A DNA stretch of 64,000 bases, from IMG/VR virus record IMGVR_UViG_3300002091_000027, positions 1-64,000 of that record. One strand, given 5' to 3'. This document shows positions 9,932-18,315 of the stretch, one piece after another (within the stretch, counting starts at the first letter, position 1; each line of letters begins with the position of its first letter). A program made the translations under genes and the position numbers. The stretch comes from a virus (taxonomy: Duplodnaviria; Caudoviricetes). The notes under the pieces were generated by a model. It was given only the letters and a program-made list of their open reading frames with translations, searched no databases and had not been told where the DNA came from.

Positions 9932-10612
9932 ATGTTTATTACAGCAGTTAAAACAGCCATAGTTGAAGCTCTGGATGCAGGGTTTAACGCTATCCATATT
10001 GGTACACCATCAGATACAAGTCTTGATCTTACTCCAAATAGTATAACTATCGAGTATCCGCAAGAGTTAGTAGCATGGCCAACAATCCTTGTTCATTTTC
10101 GAGCAAATAAAGTCCAATGGTTTGGTCTTAATCCTGATGTTTATTCTGTTGCTCCAAGTGGAATCGTTATTAGCGGAACCACGTACTCTGGTACAAACGT
10201 AGATCGATCAGGATATTTTGAAGGCAACATTGACCTTCAAATTATGGCTATGCACTCTGAAGAACGTGACCGATTAATGGATAGCGTTTCAAACCTTATT
10301 CTTATGGGTCAAGGAAGTGCTGGAAGCTCTGCTTTTTATAACAGTATTTACAACAATTCTTTGGTTGGACTTACATTGTTGCCTAGTACATATACAAACT
10401 TGGGTGACAGCATTAGCGCAGGAACCCCTTTTAGTCCTGAAGAATTAACCTATGAAGCCAGTATTCGTATCAACTGTATTGGCGATTTTTATGCTACAAA
10501 ATACGACTACACCGTACCACAAATTACCAAAATTATTGCATCTGGAACTCCATATTACCCGTCTGTTTCTTCTCTATACCAGCCGGGGACGCCTTGGTAC
10601 CCAATCGCTTAA
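9932..10612 (+). CDS. Tail terminator
   Basis: Directly upstream of the sheath; SITIEYPQ...PTILV and IDLQIMA...EERDRLMD pattern typical of terminators. Confidence 0.6.
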   Translation: MFITAVKTAIVEALDAGFNAIHIGTPSDTSLDLTPNSITIEYPQELVAWPTILVHFRANKVQWFGLNPDVYSVAPSGIVISGTTYSGTNVDRSGYFEGNIDLQIMAMHSEERDRLMDSVSNLILMGQGSAGSSAFYNSIYNNSLVGLTLLPSTYTNLGDSISAGTPFSPEELTYEASIRINCIGDFYATKYDYTVPQITKIIASGTPYYPSVSSLYQPGTPWYPIA

Positions 10613-10633
10613 TAAAACTATCAAAAGAAGTGT

Positions 10634-10662
10634 TGTAAAACTACGCAGATTCTGCATAAGAC
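10634..10662 (+). promoter_or_regulatory. Candidate late promoter TGTAAA-N17-TAAGAC
   Basis: In the intergenic gap before the sheath gene; same spacing as motifs at 22193 and 53788. Confidence 0.35.
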
Positions 10663-10677
10663 CGTGAAGGAGAATGT

Positions 10678-12234
10678 ATGCCTATTACCAATTACGTTAC
10701 GCCGGGAGTTTATGTAACCCAGTCGGGTGCGCCATTAACTACTGTCGCCAACAACAACCTCACCATTGCTATTGTTGCTGACCAGCCTACACCAGGCTCT
10801 ACTACTGACACATTTAATAGCGTTGTTTCAGCCAGCGGTATTACTATTGGTCAACTTACAACTCCAATGGTTAACACAACATCAACTGGAACATATGCTT
10901 CCTACTCTGGTTACACAGTAACTTGGGTAAGTGGATCTACTACCGTTACCGGTACTTATGGTGTTAATTTTAATATTTCTACACCTAGCGGTGGACCATG
11001 GAGCTACATTACTACCAGTGGTGTTAGTGCTAGTGGAACTGCTCTTCCAAGTGGTCAAGTAGGCATTACCTACGGACACAACTGGGGTGCTTACGGTACT
11101 TACTACAGTTTCAATAGCCTTACAAACGCTATTGGTGCAGCTGTTAGTGGTACAACTATTCTTAACCCAGCTGTTCTAGCTGCTCAATTTGCTTTCCAGA
11201 ATGGCGCTAGCACAGTAAGTGTTATGCCAGTTGCTCGAATTGCAAGTTCAGGTACTGGACCTGCTCAATATAATGACTGGGCACGTGTATTTGTTGCAAC
11301 CAGCGGAACTACAAGTGACCCAACTTACTTGATGAACCTAGTTGGCGTTGATGTTATTGTTCCACTTTACTCATTCGTTAGCACAAGCGGTGCCACTGCT
11401 GGCCAAATTATTCCTTATGGTGCAGGTACAGTTGCCAGTGGAATTAATTCTTACTTGAATAATCAGTTTAGCTATGGAATTCTACAACGTGCATTTGTTG
11501 GTGTAGATGGTACTGCTAATGGAGTTAATGCTACACAAATGCAAACATTGGCCAGTGGTTTCAATAGTACAAGGATTACTCTATCTTACCCTTCAGTAAT
11601 TAACTATAACCCTGGTTTTAACCCAACTACTGGTTTGAGCACTGCAAGCTTTAATATCCCAGGATACTATGTTTCAGCAGCTCTAGCTGGTCTATTTGCT
11701 GGTCAACCAACCGTAGCAACACCAATTACTAACAAAACTGTAAATGGTTTCAATGCAATTCCTAACCAAATTAGCGATATTGATGCAGCTACAAACTACC
11801 TAACTTATGGTGTTACTGTTGTAAGACAAAAGCGCGATAACAATTTCTGGGTTTACCAAGGTTTAACCACAAATACAACTTCATGGGTAACTCAAGAAAT
11901 TTCTATCAATGCTATTGGCGATCAACTTGCAAAAGCTGTAAAGAATGATCTTGTTAACAGCAGCCTTGTTGGTGGTCCGTTGACTAATGTTACTTCAGCA
12001 GCTGTTCTAGGAACAGTGCAAGCTACACTAACCAACCAATTGAGCAATGGCCTTATCCAAGCTTACCAAAACTTGGCATTGTCGCTCAACCCAGCTACAC
12101 CAACAACCGTAAACGTCACATTCCAATATGCTCCGACATATCCGATTAACTACATCCAGGTTTCAATGAGTCTAAACACTCAGACTGGTACTGTAATTAC
12201 TCAGAATGCTCAGAGTAACTTTGTAGTCTACTAG
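10678..12234 (+). CDS. Contractile tail sheath protein
   Basis: YVTPGVYV N-terminus; AAALAG, PITNKTVNGF and conserved C-terminal FQYAPTYPINYI; RBS GAAGGAG. Confidence 0.9.
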   Translation: MPITNYVTPGVYVTQSGAPLTTVANNNLTIAIVADQPTPGSTTDTFNSVVSASGITIGQLTTPMVNTTSTGTYASYSGYTVTWVSGSTTVTGTYGVNFNISTPSGGPWSYITTSGVSASGTALPSGQVGITYGHNWGAYGTYYSFNSLTNAIGAAVSGTTILNPAVLAAQFAFQNGASTVSVMPVARIASSGTGPAQYNDWARVFVATSGTTSDPTYLMNLVGVDVIVPLYSFVSTSGATAGQIIPYGAGTVASGINSYLNNQFSYGILQRAFVGVDGTANGVNATQMQTLASGFNSTRITLSYPSVINYNPGFNPTTGLSTASFNIPGYYVSAALAGLFAGQPTVATPITNKTVNGFNAIPNQISDIDAATNYLTYGVTVVRQKRDNNFWVYQGLTTNTTSWVTQEISINAIGDQLAKAVKNDLVNSSLVGGPLTNVTSAAVLGTVQATLTNQLSNGLIQAYQNLALSLNPATPTTVNVTFQYAPTYPINYIQVSMSLNTQTGTVITQNAQSNFVVY

Positions 12235-12242
12235 GAGAAAAA

Positions 12243-12716
12243 ATGGCAAAGTCTACATTCCGTGTAGGTGGAGGATATACAGCGTTCGTATACAATGGAC
12301 AACCATTGATTTACGCACAGGTAATCAACGAACGCGCTCCTCAGCCTGTAAACACACCACAACCTATTCAACCGCTCGATTCTCCATATCCTATTGAAAT
12401 CGCATTGCCAATTGCTCTAAATGCTGGAGCACTGGAAATTACATTCTTGGAACAATGGAATGCGGAAGTCTGGGCTCAACTTGGTGGTAACTTTACTACT
12501 GCTAGTGACCTCCTTGATGTTTTCAAGGCCCAGTTGGCACAGGGTGAAGTAACCTGTATCAAGGTCATCAACAAGCCTGACGGTACTCAGCGCAAGATTG
12601 TGTACCAGGGCTGTGTCGTTACCAATGTGACCATTGATGAAATGATTCAAATTGGTACAATGACAATCCCAAAAATTATCACAATCACGTATCGTTCAAG
12701 AAAAGAACTGCTCTAA
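12243..12716 (+). CDS. Tail tube protein
   Basis: 157 aa, follows the sheath; C-terminal YQGCVVTNV...ITITY tube-like pattern. Confidence 0.85.
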   Translation: MAKSTFRVGGGYTAFVYNGQPLIYAQVINERAPQPVNTPQPIQPLDSPYPIEIALPIALNAGALEITFLEQWNAEVWAQLGGNFTTASDLLDVFKAQLAQGEVTCIKVINKPDGTQRKIVYQGCVVTNVTIDEMIQIGTMTIPKIITITYRSRKELL

Positions 12717-12732
12717 GAAAGGTAAACTTAAA

Positions 12733-13704
12733 ATGTCTGCACGTTCATTTGTAATCCAACTCCAAGCCGGTGTTGGACAAGCTATTCTCCCGGATCACCG
12801 CAAGATGATCCCTGGAGTCCAATATGTAGTAGACGCTGAGACGTTCTCAAAGATTAGCCTAGGTGCTCGTCAGAATGTTATTAGCGTTGTTTCAGTTAAT
12901 CTGGACACAACTACAGCAACTACAGGTTACGTACCTGCTCAAAGTTCAACTGGAATTAACTCCCAGATTAGTCCACTTACTCTGCTCACTAGCGTAAGCC
13001 CAACTCCTACAGCATTCAGCCTTGCTGGATTTGCTGCTCAGGGTTACTCAGCTGGTGGAGAAGATGGCACTAACACTGGTGTTCAATTTGCTAATGCAAC
13101 CCTATCTGGTGATGCCACAAGCGTCACCCTCATTGGTCCAGACGGTTCACGTTTTGCACTTGCTTACAACGGTACTGCTTCTACCATCTCTGGTGGTTGG
13201 GCTACTGTATGGCAGGACTACAACAACCGTTACATCTCAACTGCTTCTGGTATCAGCTTGCTAGTTAAGGCTGATGGTCTTGGAACTTCCTACCCTGTAA
13301 GTGTTAACACAACACTTTCTGGTACAGGTGGTAACGTTGTTACTGTTGGTACTAAGGCTGGTGAATTTGCTGGAATTGCTCTAGTTAACATCCCAGCTGG
13401 TAACTTTGGATTTGTTCAAATTGAAGGTACTTGCCCTAAGGCTGCCGTTGCTTCTGGTGTAGCTGTTGGTGCAACAATTGCTGTAAGCGGTTCAAGCAAC
13501 GCTGGTTACCTTGCTGTTCCAACTAACACTACTGCCTCTGTAAGCAGCCTTGGTGTTGTAACTGGTACTGCTCTTGCCAACAATGTTGTAGGTACAGTTC
13601 TTACTGCTCCTGCTTCAGGTACTAACGGTCAATTCTTCGCAACAATTGACATCCGTAGCCGTAAGGTTAAGAAGCCTTACGTCCGAGTGCTTAACAAAAA
13701 CTAG
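12733..13704 (+). CDS. Abundant virion decoration protein (cement-like C-terminal domain)
   Basis: GEFAGIALVNIPAGNFGFVQIEG...AVGATI resembles capsid-cement/DUF2190-like folds; strongly biased codons (GCT, GGT, ACT) like the sheath and tube. Confidence 0.5.
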   Translation: MSARSFVIQLQAGVGQAILPDHRKMIPGVQYVVDAETFSKISLGARQNVISVVSVNLDTTTATTGYVPAQSSTGINSQISPLTLLTSVSPTPTAFSLAGFAAQGYSAGGEDGTNTGVQFANATLSGDATSVTLIGPDGSRFALAYNGTASTISGGWATVWQDYNNRYISTASGISLLVKADGLGTSYPVSVNTTLSGTGGNVVTVGTKAGEFAGIALVNIPAGNFGFVQIEGTCPKAAVASGVAVGATIAVSGSSNAGYLAVPTNTTASVSSLGVVTGTALANNVVGTVLTAPASGTNGQFFATIDIRSRKVKKPYVRVLNKN

Positions 13705-13717
13705 TTAAATCAACTGG

Positions 13718-13734
13718 TAGGCCGAAAGGCCCTA
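13718..13734 (+). other. GNRA-tetraloop hairpin (GGCC-GAAA-GGCC) between the decoration gene and the chaperone
   Basis: taggccgaaaggcccta; no U-tract, so an mRNA-stabilising or attenuating hairpin rather than a classic terminator. Confidence 0.45.
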
Positions 13735-13748
13735 GATCCAAAGGTAAA

Positions 13749-14273
13749 ATGACAACAGACATTGAAAACGGATGGGAGATTGAAGACCTCTCCCAGACCG
13801 AAAGTAAGGGGATTGATTCATTCCCTGAAGAATGGAAAGATGAATTTGAAGGTTTGCTGTTTCTTGGCAAATTGGAAAAGGAAGTAGACCGAATTCCATA
13901 TCACAAGTTTGTGGTACGGACGTTAACGGTCAACGAAAAGTTAGAAGTTAGCTTGTTGGCTAAACCATTTATCGAAACTATCGGTTATGGTCGTGCCTAT
14001 AAGGCTTCTGTAGTAGCAGCTGGCCTTGTAAGCGTTGATGGCCGTGACATGATCCCTCTAAGCAAGGGTATTAATGTCATTAGACAAAAGTACGAGTACA
14101 TTGTTAACAATTGGTATGACACCGTTATTGATATTCTTTATGAAGAAATTGATATGTTGGAAACCAAAGTTATTATGTTGCTCCAAGAGTTAAACATCAT
14201 TGAACCTCTTGTTCCTCAAAGTGTATTTGAGCAAACGGAAGAGGAAAATGATACCCCAAAAGGTGGAAAGTAG
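13749..14273 (+). CDS. Tail assembly chaperone (G-like)
   Basis: Acidic 174-aa protein upstream of the tape measure gene; ends in a slippery sequence. Confidence 0.8.
   Translation: MTTDIENGWEIEDLSQTESKGIDSFPEEWKDEFEGLLFLGKLEKEVDRIPYHKFVVRTLTVNEKLEVSLLAKPFIETIGYGRAYKASVVAAGLVSVDGRDMIPLSKGINVIRQKYEYIVNNWYDTVIDILYEEIDMLETKVIMLLQELNIIEPLVPQSVFEQTEEENDTPKGGK
14255..14261 (+). other. Programmed -1 ribosomal frameshift site C CCA AAA
   Basis: In-frame X XXY YYZ heptamer (ACC CCA AAA). The -1 frame is open from 14252 into ORF 14291-14674. Confidence 0.75.
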
Positions 14274-14290
14274 ATCCTTATATCATTGAG

Positions 14291-14674
14291 ATGAGCGAAT
14301 TAGCTTATCTTAAAGGTATTTTAAATCAAGCTGACTTGAATCAAATTCAAGAAGCCATGCTTTCTGTTGTTGTTCGTCGCCACAAAGAAGAAGAAGTTGA
14401 ATTTGAGACGGCAAAATTTGAACAAATGATGTTTATTAATAATCCTTCTTTGTATAAAGAATATATAGAGAATAAAGAACAGCAAGAAATCAGTGGAAAT
14501 CAGAATGTCAAATGGATGGCACCTGAAAGCATTGAAGAAGCTGCTGAGCTGGTCAATATGTTCAGCGACATTGATAAACAGCTTAAAGAAATGGACAATG
14601 AACCTGTTGCACAAATGGATTTCCTTAGTGCATTGGGTGGCATTAACTTAGACGAGATTGGAGGTGATGAATAA
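14291..14674 (+). CDS. Tail assembly chaperone extension (T-like; C-terminal part of the frameshift product)
   Basis: Lies in the -1 frame of the upstream chaperone, has no clear RBS of its own and abuts the tape measure gene. Confidence 0.75.
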   Translation: MSELAYLKGILNQADLNQIQEAMLSVVVRRHKEEEVEFETAKFEQMMFINNPSLYKEYIENKEQQEISGNQNVKWMAPESIEEAAELVNMFSDIDKQLKEMDNEPVAQMDFLSALGGINLDEIGGDE

Positions 14675-16947
14675 TGGCAGATCCGATACAGTTAGAATTT
14701 GAGTTCCCAGATAATACTGGCCCCATTGCGTCAAGCTGGTCAAGCCTTGCTGGCATCACCAAAGATATGCGTTCTTCTTGGGATGCTATCAATGATGCAA
14801 TGACATCTACCATCGACAAAGCTGATGAGTTGCGAACAAAATTAAATCTTAAAGATGAAGTTTTGTCGGGTATAAAAACAATGCTCACAGAAATATCATC
14901 TACAATTGATGCCAACGATAGCACTCTTCGTAGTAGTCTCCAAACAATCAACCAAATTATGGGTAATTCTAACAGTGTTAGTTTGCTTATGAGTCGTGTT
15001 GACGGATACGCACCTGGTGGTCCACAAGGTTTTTCTAACCCACTTGCTAGTCCAACTTCATACGCTGCTTATGCTAATCAAACGCGTCAACAACAATCTG
15101 ATCCTTTTAATTCACCTGGAGCAATGTCTTCGCAGTTTTCTGACTACAACCAACCTAGTTATTTTGGAAAACGATCATACATTACACCAAGAGAACAAGA
15201 CCTTGGTACTTCAAACGGTTTTGGTGGAGGTGGAGGTGGAGGTGGAGGAACAACAAGAACATCTTTTGGTGCTTTTGATGATTCAGAAGATCCAATGAAT
15301 GATACTCCATTTGGAACAACCGGTGCTGGCAATAGTCAATATAGCAATGATATTGGTACATATGGTTTTTCAAGACACCAAACACCTCGTCCAGTGCCTG
15401 GTCAAATATCTAATAAAATTCCAAGAAACCTTATGCAACCATTGCTTGATGCAAGAGGTGGATTTAGTAACCAAGCTCAAAATGCTTTAGATAATGGCAA
15501 TTACAATGCACTTACTTCAACAGCAATCCAAGGTGGAATGAACCAAATAAGCCAAAGCGCACTTGGAGTAATACCTGGAATGAATAGTTTATTAAGTCAA
15601 GTTGGTTCAATATTAAGTGGTGTGGCCAATAGAAAAAGTGGCCCAAATGATACAGATTTTACTAAACAACAAACAGCTGTATTAGACAAACTTAGTACAA
15701 CCGTGGAACGTTTAACACAGAGTGCTACTGCTATGAAAGTTGCTGCTAATGTATCAAGTGCAGCTGGTACTTACAACATGATAAGAGGTGGGCAAAACTT
15801 AGCTCTATCCAATATCTCTTATCCTTCTCAAGCAATTGCCAATATGACTGGTGGAAAAACACAATACATGCCATGGAATGGTGGAAATGCATTAAACTAC
15901 CAAGCACAAAATTTCTTATATTCTATGGATCCAAACCACGGTGGTGGAATGACATACAGCCCTACAGATGCTCTTACTGCTCAATACGCAGCTAATCAAC
16001 TTGGTTTAAAGGGTGGTCCTGCAACTAATTATAAAAACGTTGACTATACAATGCAAACTCAATATGGTTTAAGTCACGGAGAAACTCAACAATTATCAAA
16101 TACAGCATTGGCTTATGGTATGAATCTTAACCAATATGCAACTGGCGGGGGTCAAGCACGTCTTTATGGTAATCAAGTTGGTAATACTCAATCTCAATAT
16201 ACTATGGCAGCTTATGAAACTGGTTCAGCCACTGCAGCAAGTCTTGGTTATAATACACAAGCGTCTGTGGGAATGGGTAGACAAGCAGCAGCATTTGGTG
16301 CTGGCAACCAAATCAATCAAAATGCAATGATGACTGGTCAAGAACTCATGGGTACTACACTGGGTACTGCATTGTTTGCACAGCAAGCTGGTGTTTCTTT
16401 CATGGATGCTTTTGCAAAAGCTGAAACATTGACTTCTACTCAAGCCAAAAAATACCAATCTAACGCAATGATAGGATTGCTACAAAACCTAGGTATTCCT
16501 GTAAACAATATTAAATCGATTAAAGATCTTTATCCATATGCTATTAAGCTAGGTATTATTCTTCCGCAACTTGGTGTTACCAATGTATCAACACCACTAC
16601 AAGCTATTAACTGGGCATTCACTATAATTCAACAAGCTAAAGGATTGTCAGGATCTTCCGGAACGTCTAATATTGCACTGGGAACTCCAGGAACAGGAAC
16701 ACAAGGCGTGCCAGCTAACTCTACAATGCTAGACAGTACGAATCTAACACAATCTTTGAATTCTACTGGATTTAATGCAACAGGATTGGGAGCAGGAGGA
16801 TCTTCCTCTGCAACAACTGCTAATGGAGTTACTGTTCAAGTGAACCTAGCACCTGGTCTACAAAATATTATTTCCGCAACAGTACAAAGTTCAGCTGCTG
16901 CACTTACAAGCCCTAGTGCTCGTTTAAATAATCCAAGTGGTGCATAA
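14674..16947 (+). CDS. Tape measure protein
   Basis: 757 aa, rich in A/G/Q/N/T, follows the chaperone pair. Confidence 0.75.
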   Translation: MADPIQLEFEFPDNTGPIASSWSSLAGITKDMRSSWDAINDAMTSTIDKADELRTKLNLKDEVLSGIKTMLTEISSTIDANDSTLRSSLQTINQIMGNSNSVSLLMSRVDGYAPGGPQGFSNPLASPTSYAAYANQTRQQQSDPFNSPGAMSSQFSDYNQPSYFGKRSYITPREQDLGTSNGFGGGGGGGGGTTRTSFGAFDDSEDPMNDTPFGTTGAGNSQYSNDIGTYGFSRHQTPRPVPGQISNKIPRNLMQPLLDARGGFSNQAQNALDNGNYNALTSTAIQGGMNQISQSALGVIPGMNSLLSQVGSILSGVANRKSGPNDTDFTKQQTAVLDKLSTTVERLTQSATAMKVAANVSSAAGTYNMIRGGQNLALSNISYPSQAIANMTGGKTQYMPWNGGNALNYQAQNFLYSMDPNHGGGMTYSPTDALTAQYAANQLGLKGGPATNYKNVDYTMQTQYGLSHGETQQLSNTALAYGMNLNQYATGGGQARLYGNQVGNTQSQYTMAAYETGSATAASLGYNTQASVGMGRQAAAFGAGNQINQNAMMTGQELMGTTLGTALFAQQAGVSFMDAFAKAETLTSTQAKKYQSNAMIGLLQNLGIPVNNIKSIKDLYPYAIKLGIILPQLGVTNVSTPLQAINWAFTIIQQAKGLSGSSGTSNIALGTPGTGTQGVPANSTMLDSTNLTQSLNSTGFNATGLGAGGSSSATTANGVTVQVNLAPGLQNIISATVQSSAAALTSPSARLNNPSGA

Positions 16948-16949
16948 AA

Positions 16950-17486
16950 ATGGCAACACAGTTTGACAATAAGTACGAAACTGCGACCTTAACTGACAAT
17001 ACAACAGGAATAACATACAGTTTTCCGTTCAATGTAAATAGTCTTTCTTGGACGTATCAAATGAATACAAGTAGTTATAGTACAATTGGTGGACGCGTAA
17101 CACAGTTACTATCCACCAGAGTTAACACAGTTATGTTGCAAGGAGAAGCTGGCAGCAGACAAAAACTTTTGAATTTGTATAGTCAATTTAAAACTATGCA
17201 AGATAACCAAAACATGAAAAAAACTAGTATGACTTTAAACGTTTCTAGTCAAGGCATCACTATGAATGTATGGCTAGAACAAATGCAAATAGGTTGGGGT
17301 GTTGATACTGTAACTTATATGTATAACATGGCCCTTGAAGTAGATGGTGACCTCCACAGTAGTTCACAGCTATCTACTGCCATAGTCAATGATGCACTTA
17401 ATAGAATTACTAATGGTGTTGGATTTAATGCAAATTATATTGGTTTTACGTCTAACACGGTTAATTTTAGCTTAGCAGGGAAATAA
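16950..17486 (+). CDS. Baseplate tube-initiator-like protein
   Basis: Follows the tape measure; beta-rich with YSFPFNVNSL...TIGGRVTQLL pattern. Confidence 0.55.
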   Translation: MATQFDNKYETATLTDNTTGITYSFPFNVNSLSWTYQMNTSSYSTIGGRVTQLLSTRVNTVMLQGEAGSRQKLLNLYSQFKTMQDNQNMKKTSMTLNVSSQGITMNVWLEQMQIGWGVDTVTYMYNMALEVDGDLHSSSQLSTAIVNDALNRITNGVGFNANYIGFTSNTVNFSLAGK

Positions 17487-17488
17487 CA

Positions 17489-17662
17489 ATGATACAAGAT
17501 TTCACATATTCTAATTGCAAAATATCTAATCCCATTGTACAACCAGGAAGACAAACCGTAACTTTTAACGGAATGGCATGGAGCAGTACAGGAATGATGC
17601 ATGAAGTTACTAATACTAGCAGCAATGAAAGTTGGCAGCAATGGCTGGGAACGCAACAGTAA
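17489..17662 (+). CDS. Small 57-aa protein (below ORF-track cutoff)
   Basis: ATG 2 nt after the upstream stop; MIQDFTYSNCKISNPIVQPG...WQQWLGTQQ fills the gap exactly. Confidence 0.55.
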   Translation: MIQDFTYSNCKISNPIVQPGRQTVTFNGMAWSSTGMMHEVTNTSSNESWQQWLGTQQ

Positions 17663-18315
17663 CACTATACGACGGGCACAAAAGCGTTACATTCGAAATA
17701 TGGATGCAAACTTTTTCAACGTCTTCATTTACTGAGTTCAACAGTGGACAAACACGTAATGGGGTTAGTTGGATGCCAATCCGTCGTGGTGAAACATCAG
17801 TTCAATTTTCAGTGACATGGCCGTTGGTTGCCAATAACAAAACTGTTGATCTTGGGTTTGAAAATTTTGATCCAAAAGATGGTTTTGGTAAAATGCAGTA
17901 TTTTCAAGATACTATTCGCAAACACCAACAATCCCTTGTCAATGGCAGTACTAGCACCCCAATGGTATTGAATTACTACAACAATAGTGATATTAGTTCA
18001 CCAATTTACAATACCCTTATTAGTCAAAATCCATTGCCTTCTTTAAAATATAGCGGATGGATACAACAGGTAGAAAAAAACTATATTAGATTTCAAAATG
18101 TCTATACTACCAATTATACTATGATAGTGATTAATCCGAACAATAGTAGTATTGCTGCTTCTAATCTTGCTTCTTATAAAAATTCAACAACAAAAATTAA
18201 CGTATCTACAACGTATGCACCAACTGCTGCTACGCAAAATTCATATGGATCTAATTGGATAAATGTAAATACATTAGCTTCTGGCACTAATTTAATTCAA
18301 GGATTGCCAAACTAA
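17641..18315 (+). CDS. Second baseplate tube-like protein
   Basis: Synteny between tape measure and hub; likely start ATG 17641. Confidence 0.5.
   Translation: MAGNATVTLYDGHKSVTFEIWMQTFSTSSFTEFNSGQTRNGVSWMPIRRGETSVQFSVTWPLVANNKTVDLGFENFDPKDGFGKMQYFQDTIRKHQQSLVNGSTSTPMVLNYYNNSDISSPIYNTLISQNPLPSLKYSGWIQQVEKNYIRFQNVYTTNYTMIVINPNNSSIAASNLASYKNSTTKINVSTTYAPTAATQNSYGSNWINVNTLASGTNLIQGLPN

Noticed and set aside
13714-13736. CTGGTAGGCCGAAAGGCC resembles hammerhead ribozyme stem II
   Set aside because: The catalytic core is absent (CUGGUA instead of CUGAUGA, and no GAAA after the stem); it is only a GNRA hairpin.
15220-15250. GGTGGA/GGAGGT runs as a G-quadruplex or microsatellite (also 4790-4830)
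   Set aside because: Explained by polyglycine coding; runs are mostly GG with synonymous variation.
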